Below are positions 1 to 9,687 of a stretch of 64,000 bases of DNA, in pieces. Position numbers and translations under genes: made by a program. Numbering within the stretch: the stretch's first letter is position 1; every line of letters begins with the position of its first letter. The DNA is taken from positions 2,144,001 through 2,208,000 of the forward strand of contig OZ243956.1 in assembly GCA_965214405.1 (NCBI GenBank), read 5' to 3'. Source of the DNA: Trueperaceae bacterium. GTDB taxonomy: Bacteria; Deinococcota; Deinococci; Deinococcales; Trueperaceae. Below the pieces are notes generated by a model. That model was given only the letters and a program-made list of their open reading frames with translations, ran no database searches and was not told the DNA's origin.

Positions 1-133
1 CGGTAACGTATGGACTGAATCCTGCTGAGACCAGATGTTACCTGCTACAAACGAGAAGAATTCCATACCGGCCTCTCCCCCGGCTCTATAGACTGGCGTA
101 GCTTTGCGCCTACGCAAGGTTGGTGAGGGGAAG

Positions 134-1186
134 ATGGTGAGCGCAGTAAACAGAGCAGCCCTCGAGGCGAACAAACTGACCAAGGTCTACGCGGGCAGGC
201 CGGTGGTGCGTGGGCTCTCCTTTTCTGTGAATCCCGGTGAGGTGTACGCGCTCGTTGGTCCCAACGGCGCGGGCAAAACGACGGTGATTCGGCTGCTTAC
301 CGGGCTGGCCTTTCCGACGAGTGGACAGGTGCGGATGTTGGGTGTTGACCCTACCGAAAAACCCGGGGTGCGCCGCCGCTTGGGCGCGGTGGTCGAAGCG
401 CCCGCCGCTTTCTATCCCTACCTGACGGGGCGGGCCAACCTGCGCCTGCACGCGGCCCTCTCGGGGGGCGTGGCGGAAAAGCGCATTGGCGAGGTGCTCG
501 AGCTCATGGAACTCGGCAACGCCGGGGAGCGGCGCGTGGGCGTCTACAGCTTGGGGATGCGCCAGCGCTTGGGCGTCGCCGCGGCGCTCCTCACCGAGCC
601 CGAGGTGCTCATCTTGGACGAGCCCGCGAGCGGGATGGACCCCTTGAGCCTCCACCTGGTCCACGGCGTGCTGCGCGGGGCCGCGGAGGGGGGCGCGGCG
701 GTCTTGCTCTCGACGCATCATTTAGAAGAAGTGGTGGCCTACTGCTCGCGCGTCGCCATTATGGAGGAGGGCGCGCTGCTCGACGAGGTGAGCTTGGAAA
801 GCAGGCGCGACCGCTACCGGATGCGCGTGTCGGACAAGAGCGCCGCGCTCGTCGCGTTGCAGATGCAGCCCTTTGTCCGGCACGTCACGACGCGCGGCGG
901 CGAGGTGGTGTTCTCGCTCTCGGACCCCGACGCGCTCGGCGGGGTAGGTGTGGCGCTGGCGGAGGCCGGGGTGGGGCTTTTTGAACTCGCGCAAGATATC
1001 TTCGACCTGCGCGCCTACTACCGCGAGCGCCTGTCAGAGGGCCGCGTGCAGGGAAGCGAGGGTCAGCCGGAAGCTCGAGAGAATCAAAGCTTTACGGAAA
1101 ATGAGAAGCAAACGAGTAGGGAGCAAACGGGTGTGGGGGCGGAAGTAGGGGAAGAGGGAGTCCGTCACAGGGTGGGCAGGCCGTGA
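134..1186 (+). CDS. ABC-2/exporter-type transporter ATP-binding protein
   Basis: Walker A GPNGAGKTT, signature YSLGMRQRL, Walker B LILDEP, H-loop LSTHH. Start moved to ATG 134 (GAGGGG upstream); the ORF track starts at TTG 104. Confidence 0.9.
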   Translation: MVSAVNRAALEANKLTKVYAGRPVVRGLSFSVNPGEVYALVGPNGAGKTTVIRLLTGLAFPTSGQVRMLGVDPTEKPGVRRRLGAVVEAPAAFYPYLTGRANLRLHAALSGGVAEKRIGEVLELMELGNAGERRVGVYSLGMRQRLGVAAALLTEPEVLILDEPASGMDPLSLHLVHGVLRGAAEGGAAVLLSTHHLEEVVAYCSRVAIMEEGALLDEVSLESRRDRYRMRVSDKSAALVALQMQPFVRHVTTRGGEVVFSLSDPDALGGVGVALAEAGVGLFELAQDIFDLRAYYRERLSEGRVQGSEGQPEARENQSFTENEKQTSREQTGVGAEVGEEGVRHRVGRP

Positions 1187-1199
1187 GGGGGAGGTCACG

Positions 1200-1973
1200 G
1201 TGAGACGTCTTTTCGGCCTCGAGCTTACGAAACTTTGGCACCTCTCGAGCCTGCGCGTGACCGTCCTGCTCCTCGTGGTGTTCCCCCTGGTCTGGGCCTA
1301 CGCGCCCGGCGTGTTTAATACCTACGGCTTTTACATGGTCTCGGCCTATCAGGTGCCCGCCCTGAGCCTTTTGTCGAGCATGGAGTTTTTGCTGCCCCTC
1401 CTCATCGCCATCGCCAGCGCCGAACTGCTCGGACTAGAAGTCGCCTTTGGCACGCTGCCGACGGTGCTCTTGCGCCCGGTGACCCGCTCGAGATGGCTTA
1501 TCGCCAAGCTCGGGGTGGTCGCGCTCTATCCTTTTTTGCTGCTCGGGTTTCTCCTGCTCGTCTCGCTGCTTATCGGGCTCCCTTTCGGTTACGGCGCGTT
1601 CGTGGGCGGCACCGGCCTCGGCGCGGCGGGGCTCTTGGGTGAGGGGCTGATGACGCCCCCTGCGGCCTTAGCCGAACTCGGTCGCGCCTACTTAACGGCG
1701 GCTTGTGCGCTGGTTCCGGTGAGCGTTTTGTCAGTCCTTTTCACCGTCGTCTTTATGAACGCGGCGGGCGGGGCCTTGGCGACGCTCGCCGTACTCATCG
1801 TGATGAAACTTCTGGTGGTGTTTCCGGGGCTCGAGCCCTTTTTACTCACCACCCAGCTCAACGCGTATACCGCGCCCGTGGCGGGCGTGCTCTGGGTTTT
1901 TGCGCTCCTGGCGCTCTACAGCGCGCTTTTTGCCGCCGCCGCGGTGGTGATGTTTGAGCGCAGAGATTTTTAG
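1200..1973 (+). CDS. ABC-2 type transporter permease
   Basis: About 6 hydrophobic segments, E..GTL..VL.RPV.R motif and C-terminal FERRDF typical of this family; GGAGG RBS; directly downstream of the ABC ATPase. Confidence 0.88.
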   Translation: MRRLFGLELTKLWHLSSLRVTVLLLVVFPLVWAYAPGVFNTYGFYMVSAYQVPALSLLSSMEFLLPLLIAIASAELLGLEVAFGTLPTVLLRPVTRSRWLIAKLGVVALYPFLLLGFLLLVSLLIGLPFGYGAFVGGTGLGAAGLLGEGLMTPPAALAELGRAYLTAACALVPVSVLSVLFTVVFMNAAGGALATLAVLIVMKLLVVFPGLEPFLLTTQLNAYTAPVAGVLWVFALLALYSALFAAAAVVMFERRDF

Positions 1974-2211
1974 CGTTCCATAAATAGTAGTGGGGCAGGT
2001 ATAGCTGACAAAACAGTATAGATGAAACATTAAGTGTCAAAATTCAAAAACTTGATACGGAAACATTACCGATTTCGCTGAAGGAAATCGTCTCTCGAAA
2101 GTTTTTGCTTTACACCAGGTTTCTGCTTTTCCAGAAAGCCACACGTAAAGTACGATATGATCATGTTCAAGTGACACGACTTCCGCAACAGCTTACTTAT
2201 CCTCGTCCAAC

Positions 2212-3291
2212 ATGAGCAAGAATCCTACCCAAACCTGCTTTGTCATCTCACCAATAGGGCGTGAAGGTACTGAAACTCACCGGGATTTCCGTGAGGTTCT
2301 AGACTACGTCATTGTTCCTGCGGTCAGACGATCCGGATATACACTTGAAGTCTTACGGGCAGATGATATTGAGAGACCAGGCTCGTTTATTAAAGACATC
2401 CTGCAGCAGTTGCTTAACTCCTTCGTCGTTATTGCGGACCTCACAAATCAAAATCCGAATGTCTTTTACGAACTGGGTGTTCGCCACGCCCTTAGCCCTC
2501 GGACGATCCTCATTGCACAATCGGTGGATGACATCCCGTCAGATTTACGTGAGTATCGAACTATCGTTTACGACACTTCAGCGCGCGGCGCAGCTCAATT
2601 CCGTGAGCGGTTGCAGAAGTTTCTTAATGACATTTTTTCCGACCCACGGCAGGCAGATAATCCCGTGTTAGATAGGCTCGGCAGCGTGATAGAGCAGCAG
2701 CTCGTGTCAGCTCGAGAGGAAATAACTACCCTGCGTAGGGAACTTGACAAAGTGTATCGTAGAGGTCTTACTCAAAACGAATTCGCGCCTAATAAAGGTG
2801 CATCGAATGAGTCAGTTATCCGACGCGCTGATCGGATTTTGCAGCTATATGGTGCTAAACGTGAATTCGTTGGAGAAATCGTTTATGGTTCGGGTGAGGA
2901 GAGGAGGTGTGCCAACCTCCCAGCAAATGAAGGCGAGTTTCGCCTTTACTTCCTCGAAAATCATACTCAGGTCGAGAGTTGTCTATACTTTGCGACCCTT
3001 GGTACCAGAGAGACAATCAATAGACATCTATCGGACGCTCGTGTAATCATGGGCGTCACCTCTTCAGCCCTAGAGACCAAATGTACCTTTGTGACCGCGA
3101 CGAGCGCAGTGGTTTCAGAGGAGGTGAAGCAGGAAACCGACGCGGTTTTCAATAGAATGAAGGAATTTCTGCCTGCCGAAAAAAGAAACTTATACTCTTT
3201 TGAAGTGTGGGACACCACACGCCTCACCGTCATAGAGGAGGAGCTAGGCGTCATAGTGCCTCAGCTTCAGCCACCAGATAAGGGGGCTTGA
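2212..3291 (+). CDS. Nucleoside 2-deoxyribosyltransferase (NDT/TIR-like) domain protein with a coiled coil and an unknown C-terminal domain
   Basis: N-terminus CFVISPIG...RADD...VIADLTNQNPNVFYELGVRHAL...DIPSDL matches the NDT-like superfamily pattern. DNA is visibly more AT-rich than its neighbours. Confidence 0.75.
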   Translation: MSKNPTQTCFVISPIGREGTETHRDFREVLDYVIVPAVRRSGYTLEVLRADDIERPGSFIKDILQQLLNSFVVIADLTNQNPNVFYELGVRHALSPRTILIAQSVDDIPSDLREYRTIVYDTSARGAAQFRERLQKFLNDIFSDPRQADNPVLDRLGSVIEQQLVSAREEITTLRRELDKVYRRGLTQNEFAPNKGASNESVIRRADRILQLYGAKREFVGEIVYGSGEERRCANLPANEGEFRLYFLENHTQVESCLYFATLGTRETINRHLSDARVIMGVTSSALETKCTFVTATSAVVSEEVKQETDAVFNRMKEFLPAEKRNLYSFEVWDTTRLTVIEEELGVIVPQLQPPDKGA

Positions 3292-3400
3292 CGGCCACCT
3301 AGCGAACGTTTGTTGAAGCAGGCATGGAATTGTGCGCCGCTCAGGTCAGAGGCTAGCTGCCACAGCACATCACGGGTTGTTTTTGGTAACTTTGAGGCGT

Positions 3401-4522
3401 ATGGTTCTCACATCCAACCGCCGCTACGCGCGCGCGCTTTTCACACTGTTTTTGCTCGTCCCCGCCATTTCCTTCACCTTGGCGCAAGGGCTCACCTATA
3501 CGGTGCAGGTGGCGGCGCTTTCGGACCAGGGCGCGGCGCAGGCGTTGCAGCGCGAACTGCTTGCGGAGGGTTATCCGGTCTATCTGGTGGGCGTGCCGAC
3601 CGAGGGGGGCCGCGTTTACAGGCTGCGGGTCGGGGCCTTTGGCGACCGGGGCGCGGCGCTGGCCTACGCCAATGCGATGCGGCGGGCTGGGCGGGGCGCG
3701 CCGGTGCCCGCGCTCGCCGAGGATGTTCCGGCGGGACTCATCCCGCTTGAGCCCACGCTGCTAGAGAGCTACCCCTACCTGCCCGGTATAACCCGCCTCA
3801 CCGTGGTGCCGTGGGGCGAGGCCTACGCGCTGCGTTTTCAGGGCACGTTCGAGGGCGAGCCCTTGGAGGCGGAATACCGCATCTTACAGGAGGGCGCGTC
3901 GCCCTTTCGCGCCTGGCGCGCGGCACCGTTCGGGAATGAGGGCGGGCTCGAGCGCGTTTACACCTTCCCGCTCTGGCCGCCCGACTGGGAAACGCTGAGC
4001 GCGCCCCAGCGAAACGCCTACCAACAAGGCGTGCTGGAAACGCTCGCCGGAACTTACGGTTTAGATGTGAGGGCACTTACCGACTACCGCTCGTTCGAAC
4101 CCGGCTCGGGGTTGCCCTACCTGGTACGCGCCGAACGTCGCAACCTCTCTACGGGAGAAGGAGAGTATTATCCGGCGCTCGGGGTTTCTCAAACAGAAAA
4201 CAACCCTGCGGGTCCCCCTTTGCGCTGGTTCGGCAGAGAGGAGCCCGAAGGCTTTTTGCGCGGTTTGCCGGAGGCCGTATTTGACGCCTCTTTGGTTTTA
4301 GGTGAAGCGTCAGGCGGCGTCACGCTACCCCCACCCGACTCCCGCAAGCTCTCAGGCACCGACTGGACCGCCTCGCCCGACGACGCCTACGTCCGCCTGC
4401 GGTTAGAGCCGACAGGCCGCAACTGGCGCGCGGTTGCGGGCTATCCACTTTGGGCACAAGACGACTTTTTGCTTGTCTATGACGATGAGCAGATACAGCT
4501 CTACCGCTTTACTAAACGCTGA
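3401..4522 (+). CDS. Secreted SPOR-domain protein
   Basis: Signal-peptide-like N-terminus, then YTVQVAAL...A..L...L...GY...YRLRVGAF...A (SPOR pattern). ATG 3401 has GAGG upstream. Confidence 0.8.
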   Translation: MVLTSNRRYARALFTLFLLVPAISFTLAQGLTYTVQVAALSDQGAAQALQRELLAEGYPVYLVGVPTEGGRVYRLRVGAFGDRGAALAYANAMRRAGRGAPVPALAEDVPAGLIPLEPTLLESYPYLPGITRLTVVPWGEAYALRFQGTFEGEPLEAEYRILQEGASPFRAWRAAPFGNEGGLERVYTFPLWPPDWETLSAPQRNAYQQGVLETLAGTYGLDVRALTDYRSFEPGSGLPYLVRAERRNLSTGEGEYYPALGVSQTENNPAGPPLRWFGREEPEGFLRGLPEAVFDASLVLGEASGGVTLPPPDSRKLSGTDWTASPDDAYVRLRLEPTGRNWRAVAGYPLWAQDDFLLVYDDEQIQLYRFTKR

Positions 4523-4567
4523 AACCCCAGTGGCGAGTGATTAGAAAAACTAACCACTAGCCACTTT

Positions 4568-5611
4568 CTAAACAGACGCAGGAACGGCGGGCGCGTCGGT
4601 GATGGCTGCGGCGGCTTCCGGGTCGCCCGCGAGCAGCGCCTCCCTTTCAGCCAGCCAGCGCTCGGCGGCCATCGCCGCGCGGGTGCCCGCGCCGACGCTC
4701 GTCCCGAGTTGGCGGTAGGTTTCGTCCGCCACGTCGCCCGCGGCAAATACGCCCTCCAAGCTTGTGTAGATTTCGCCCCGCACGTCGACGTAGCCAGAAT
4801 CGCGCAGCGCGATCAAGTCTTCCAGGTAAGCCGTGTTCGGCACGTGACCGATATAGATAAACACGCCGTCGGTAGGCAGGAGCGTCTTTTCGTTCGTAAC
4901 GACGTCTTGGACTTTGACGCCTGTAACTTGGCCCCCTTCGCCCACGACCTCGGTCACGACCGCGTTCCAGACCCAGTGCATCTTGGGGTTGGCGAACGCG
5001 CGGCGCTGCGCCTCTTTGTTGGCGCGCAGTTCGTCGCGGCGGTGGACGACGGTTACCTTGTCGGCAAATTTGGTTAAAAACAGCCCCTCTTCAACCGCGG
5101 CGTCGCCGCCGCCGACGACCACGACCTCTTTGCCGCGGTAGAAAAAGCCGTCGCAGGTCGCGCAGGTCGAGACGCCGCGACCGTAGTATTCGTCCTCGCC
5201 GGGTACGCCCAACCGGCGCGGGTTGGCCCCTGTGGCGATGATGACGGCCTTGGCGAAGTAAGTTTTATCGTAGCCCCTCACAAGGAAGCCCGCGCCTTGC
5301 TTCTTAATCTCCAGAACCTCTTCCATCACGATTTTCGCGCCGAACTTTTCCGCCTGGCGGACCATGCGCTGTGAAAGCTCGGGGCCGCTGATGGCCTCGT
5401 CAAAGCCCGGATAATTCTCGACCTCTTCGGTTTGGGCGATTTGCCCGCCGGGTAAGCCCTTTTCCAAAATGACGGTGCTCAGTTGCCCCCGTCCGGCGTA
5501 GATGCCCGCGGTGAGACCCGCGGGTCCGCCGCCGATAATCAGCACGTCGGTGTATTCATCAGGAGTATTAACGGTATGTTCGTCAGCTCGAGTCATTACG
5601 TCCTCCAACAT
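4568..5611 (-). CDS. trxB: Thioredoxin-disulfide reductase
   Basis: GGGPAG FAD motif, CATCDG redox centre, GGGDAA NADPH motif, GVFAAGD. Confidence 0.97.
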   Translation of the reverse strand: MLEDVMTRADEHTVNTPDEYTDVLIIGGGPAGLTAGIYAGRGQLSTVILEKGLPGGQIAQTEEVENYPGFDEAISGPELSQRMVRQAEKFGAKIVMEEVLEIKKQGAGFLVRGYDKTYFAKAVIIATGANPRRLGVPGEDEYYGRGVSTCATCDGFFYRGKEVVVVGGGDAAVEEGLFLTKFADKVTVVHRRDELRANKEAQRRAFANPKMHWVWNAVVTEVVGEGGQVTGVKVQDVVTNEKTLLPTDGVFIYIGHVPNTAYLEDLIALRDSGYVDVRGEIYTSLEGVFAAGDVADETYRQLGTSVGAGTRAAMAAERWLAEREALLAGDPEAAAAITDAPAVPASV

Positions 5612-5797
5612 TGCTTAAATCATAACATTCTGCGGTCGGTTTTCCTGTACAGCACTGTACTTGCACGTGTCAAATTCAACTAAGGTGTTTCCGAAAGCGT
5701 CCTCTTCTTTTATCTTAGCGGTTGCGTTAGTCAGAAACTGTTGACCATGTTCAAAACGGCTTGCGCGGCTTGTTAAGATAATCTCAAGGAGGGTGAA

Positions 5798-6667
5798 ATG
5801 AATACGGAACTGGTTGAAACGTTGCAGCGGACGCAGAGCACGCTGGAACCCCGCGTCAAGGCCTTGCGCGACGCCTCGAGCGCGCTCAAAAGTGCCATCA
5901 AACTTGCCAACGAAGAGCGGGCCGACGCGCTGCCCATGCAGCGGGCGCTCGTCAAGTTGCAAAGGGCCAACGAGACGGTGGACGACGAAACGCTGAATGA
6001 ACCTCTGGAAGCCGCGACCACGCGATTCCGAGAGGAAACCGAACGCGCGCTGGACGCGCTCGCTTTTGAGTTTGCTCGAGAACTCCGGGCCGCCTTTGCA
6101 GAGCGCGGCGTCGAGGTGACGGGCCGCCCGCCTACGCTCGCCGCGGATGAGCTGGTCCTCAACATGGACACCGCGGCGCGCAAGGCGGGCTGGTTCTACG
6201 GCAAAGAAGCGCTCACCAAGCCCCTGCCGCTCTCGCTCAACGCGGTCTTAAAGGCGTTCGAAGGGCAGAAGCGGGAGATTTTGGGGCGTGAGCTGGACAT
6301 CGAGGCGTTCTTAGGGGAGCTTCACGGAACCTGGCGGGAGCTGCTCGAGACCCGCGCGCGCAAACCCCAGGGTGGACGCCTCAACCTCATCGAGACCTAC
6401 AGCAAACTCGTCTTGAACCGGCAGTCGGCGAGATTTTGGAACGCGCCCTCGAGGAGCACCTTCCGCGACTACCCGCGCCCCCTCTTCGTGCGTGACTTGG
6501 TATTGGCGGGACGTTCGCCCGTCATCACGGTGGACGGTGCCAGACGGCGTCTCTTTTTGGGCGTCGCCACCAAAAGCCAGGCGGAGAGCGCCAGCCGCAG
6601 CCTGTGGCTGCCGCAGGGACCCTTTGAGGGTTCGTACTATTCGGACGTTACCTTTGAACCGGCCTAA
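5798..6667 (+). CDS. Uncharacterised protein (helical N-half, alpha/beta C-half); first gene of the ATPase-ATPase-helicase locus
   Basis: 289-aa ORF with a strong RBS (AAGGAGGG) and host-like codon use; no family recognised. Confidence 0.8.
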   Translation: MNTELVETLQRTQSTLEPRVKALRDASSALKSAIKLANEERADALPMQRALVKLQRANETVDDETLNEPLEAATTRFREETERALDALAFEFARELRAAFAERGVEVTGRPPTLAADELVLNMDTAARKAGWFYGKEALTKPLPLSLNAVLKAFEGQKREILGRELDIEAFLGELHGTWRELLETRARKPQGGRLNLIETYSKLVLNRQSARFWNAPSRSTFRDYPRPLFVRDLVLAGRSPVITVDGARRRLFLGVATKSQAESASRSLWLPQGPFEGSYYSDVTFEPA

Positions 6668-6733
6668 GTTTGCCGTTCTTACGGTAACGCCCTCCCCGAC
6701 GAGGGGCGGCTCGAGCCGTTATGATAAAGCTCT

Positions 6734-8008
6734 ATGGCGCTGAACCCGGTTTTAGCCCGCATGATTGTCGAGACGCTCGGCGCGTCCGGCACGCCGCCCA
6801 ACCGCGGGGTGCAGCACTTCAACGTGGGCAACGGTTCGCTCGTCGAGGCGCTCGACACCTACTACTTTTCGTCGTACCTCCAAGACGGCGGCGCGGCCTT
6901 TAAGATGGTCGTAGGCGACTACGGGAGCGGCAAGTCGCACTTTCTCTACCTCTTGCGCGATATCGCCTGGGAGCGCGGCTTCGCGGTCGCCAAGGTGGAT
7001 TTGAGCCCCACCGAGACGCCCTATAACGACCAGAAACTCGTCTACAGCGCGGTGGCGCGCAACCTCATCTTGCACGAGGGCGAGGGCGTCTCGGACGAGT
7101 CGGGTTTGCCGCGCTTTTTGGAGGGCACGCTGGCGCGCATTCTGGGGGAGGAGCCCGGCCCGGAGGCGCTCGCCCATCCCAACTACCGAGGTTTGGTGGA
7201 TACGCTGGAGGCCACGCCCGTCGACAGCCCCGTCTACCGGGCCGCGGTGCTCGCTTACTTTGACGCGCTCGTCCACGACCAGGGGGAGCGTCTGGCACCC
7301 CTCTCGCGCTGGCTTCTGGCCGAGGACACCACCCCGGACGACACCAAAGTCTTGCGCGGGCTCGGCGTCACGGGCAAAATCACCCGTACGAACGCGTTCC
7401 GGATGCTCCGCTCGCTCACCCAAATCGTGCGCGCCCTGTCCTACAGCGGCTTGCTGCTTCTGTTTGACGAGGTGGACCGGATGAGCAGCATCGGCGGCAA
7501 GGCTGAAAAGCTCGCCACCGACACGCTCCGCGAGGTGATTGACCGCTGCCGCGACGACCTCCCCGGCGCGATGTTTGTCTACGCGGTGCCGCCGCCCTTT
7601 ATCAGCGACGTGGTGCCGCGCTACCCCGCGTTGCAGCAGCGGCTCCGCACGCCGGGGCGCTTTTCCAAGAGCAACCACTTTAGCCCGCAGATAAGCCTCG
7701 AGCGCTTAGACCTAGCCGAGGACGCGCTGATGCTCGCCATCGGCGAAAAGCTCGTGCCCATTTTCGAGGTTGCCTTTGGTGCCGAACTTGATGAGCGCAT
7801 CCAGCACGCCAACGCCGCCATCCTCGCCAACGTTGCCAGGGACGTGTTTTTGGACGTGAGCCACCGCCGCTTGTTCGTCAAAACATTCGTGACCGAACTC
7901 GCGCGCCAGCACGCGGAGGGGGAGCGGGTGCTCACCGAGGGGGAGGCCGCTGCGAGGCTGCGCGGTGGAGCAGAAGATTTAGGGAGCGGCGAGACGCCGC
8001 CTTATTAG
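6734..8008 (+). CDS. BrxD/DUF2791-like P-loop ATPase (copy 1)
   Basis: N-terminal 'IVETL..GTPP..GV.HFNVG' motif, Walker A VVGDYGSGKSH, Walker B GLLLLFDEVD, 'YPAL.QRL' segment, as in BrxD-family ATPases. Confidence 0.85.
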   Translation: MALNPVLARMIVETLGASGTPPNRGVQHFNVGNGSLVEALDTYYFSSYLQDGGAAFKMVVGDYGSGKSHFLYLLRDIAWERGFAVAKVDLSPTETPYNDQKLVYSAVARNLILHEGEGVSDESGLPRFLEGTLARILGEEPGPEALAHPNYRGLVDTLEATPVDSPVYRAAVLAYFDALVHDQGERLAPLSRWLLAEDTTPDDTKVLRGLGVTGKITRTNAFRMLRSLTQIVRALSYSGLLLLFDEVDRMSSIGGKAEKLATDTLREVIDRCRDDLPGAMFVYAVPPPFISDVVPRYPALQQRLRTPGRFSKSNHFSPQISLERLDLAEDALMLAIGEKLVPIFEVAFGAELDERIQHANAAILANVARDVFLDVSHRRLFVKTFVTELARQHAEGERVLTEGEAAARLRGGAEDLGSGETPPY

Positions 8009-8010
8009 CC

Positions 8011-9468
8011 GTGCAAACGAATAGTTCAACCAATGGTACAGCCCCCGCGCAACCCATGATTGGCGAACAGGTCGAGCACCCGCAGTACGGCCGCGGTCAG
8101 GTCATGGCGGTCTACAAGGGCGGCGGCGAGTGGCTGGTGCGCTTCGAGAGCGGCTTGCGCTTTCGGCGACCTAGGGGAGAATTCGAGGGAGAAAGCTCAT
8201 CCTCCCCCACCTCTTCCTTAGCCCCGTCTACACCTACCATGACAGCACCTGTGACCGCGCCCATGCCCCGCACCCAGTTTGAAGCTCGAGAACTCGTCGA
8301 GGCCTTGCGTTTGGGTATCGCCCCCGCGCAAAAGGCGCAGGCACTGACTATCGGTTTGGAGAGGGAGCGCTCGAGCCTCGTCACAGGTCTGAACCAAGCG
8401 CAGACGCAAGGCGGCGCGGTGCGCGCGGTGGTGGGCGACTATGGGGGCGGCAAGAGTCACCTTGTCGAGCTGAGCGCGCAGGAGGCGCTGGCGCGGGGCT
8501 TTTTGGTGGCGAATACGAGTCTGGATTTGTTAGAGCTTCCCCCGCACCGCGCGTTCAACATCTACGCGAGTCTGGTGGGGAGCCTCCGCTACCCCGACAC
8601 CGACGAGCGGGGGCTGGGGCCGCTGCTGGAGCGCTCGAGCGAGAAACACCTGGCGGGCGCGTTGGCGGAGGCGGCGGGGCTCGAGCAAGACCCCCTGCAA
8701 CTCACGCTCAAGGCGCTCGCCACCACCGCCTCGTCGCGCCAGCGCCTCGCCTGGGAACGCTGGCTCATGGGGGGCCGCCGGACCAAGGCGATGGGAGGCG
8801 CGCTCAAGCAAGTGTTGCCCAGAGGCAACCGCTTTCCGAGCCTCTACAAGGTCGGTCACAACGCCCGCCAGGTGGCCTACCTGCTGAGCGGCGTGAGCGT
8901 CCTCGCCAAACTCGCGGGCTACAGCGGCTTGTGCGTGCTCATCGACGAGGCCGAAAGCTATTCGCTCCTGAGCGCGCAGCAGCGCCCCAAGGCAGGGCTC
9001 TTTTTTAGCGCGATGATCCTTGCGGCCTCGCGTGGCCCTCATCCCAACCTGTCGGAGGAGAGTTTTCCGCAGCACCGCTTCTGGGATTATCCGCTCCGCT
9101 ACGGGAACCCCGCCGCCCTCTTTTTCCTCTTTACCGTGACGCGCAGCGACAACCGTTTGCCCTTAGAGGAATGGCTAGAACCCGAAGAGGTCCTGACGCT
9201 CGACCCTCACCCCGCTCCGCAGGAAATCGCGCAGTTCTTAAAGGTCTTGGAAGGCTTTCACGCCCAGGCCTACACCTACGAACCCGCTGAGCGTCACGGG
9301 CAAGTGCGCCGCGCCGCCGCCGAGCATTTAGCGTTGGCGTTGCGCAACCACATCTTTGGCGTCCGCGGGATGGTGCGCCTCAGCGTCGAGCTCTTTGACC
9401 TTCTTTATCTTCATCCGGGGCTCGAGGTGGTCGAGGTGCTCGACGAGTTGCGCGCCCAGGTGCGTTAG
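8011..9468 (+). CDS. BrxD/DUF2791-like P-loop ATPase (copy 2) with a small N-terminal SH3/Tudor-like domain
   Basis: GEQVEHPQYGRGQV...WLVRFESG beta-barrel-type N-terminus, Ser/Pro/Thr linker, 'VEALRLGIAP', Walker A VVGDYGGGKSH, Walker B GLCVLIDEAE. Alternative start ATG 8056. Confidence 0.85.
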   Translation: MQTNSSTNGTAPAQPMIGEQVEHPQYGRGQVMAVYKGGGEWLVRFESGLRFRRPRGEFEGESSSSPTSSLAPSTPTMTAPVTAPMPRTQFEARELVEALRLGIAPAQKAQALTIGLERERSSLVTGLNQAQTQGGAVRAVVGDYGGGKSHLVELSAQEALARGFLVANTSLDLLELPPHRAFNIYASLVGSLRYPDTDERGLGPLLERSSEKHLAGALAEAAGLEQDPLQLTLKALATTASSRQRLAWERWLMGGRRTKAMGGALKQVLPRGNRFPSLYKVGHNARQVAYLLSGVSVLAKLAGYSGLCVLIDEAESYSLLSAQQRPKAGLFFSAMILAASRGPHPNLSEESFPQHRFWDYPLRYGNPAALFFLFTVTRSDNRLPLEEWLEPEEVLTLDPHPAPQEIAQFLKVLEGFHAQAYTYEPAERHGQVRRAAAEHLALALRNHIFGVRGMVRLSVELFDLLYLHPGLEVVEVLDELRAQVR

Positions 9469-9520
9469 ACTAAGAGAAAAGAGGAGCGATAAGGGGAGCG
9501 CTGAAGGCGGCGCGGTTTAT

Positions 9521-9597
9521 TGATCCCCCTAAATCCCCCTTGTTAAGGGGGACTTTTGTCCTGTTCCCCCCTTAACAAGGGGGGCCAGGGGGGATCA
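9521..9597. repeat. Composite palindromic REP-like element (two inverted hairpin units)
   Basis: TGATCCCCCTAAATCCCCCTTGTTAAGGGGGAC ... TTCCCCCCTTAACAAGGGGGGCCAGGGGGGATCA. The right half is the near reverse complement of the left half, and each half is itself a hairpin. Confidence 0.85.
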
Positions 9598-9687
9598 GTT
9601 TTGAGCACAACTCACCCCGTCATTCGCTGAACCTGAGGACCATGCACACTGGACACAAAACATTCAACTCTATCCTGCTGCACTTTT

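Noticed and set aside
2120..2137. TTTCTGCTTTTCCAGAAA as a DdrO/RDRM radiation-response operator
   Set aside because: The spacing is one base short of the 17-bp palindrome, and there is no supporting context.
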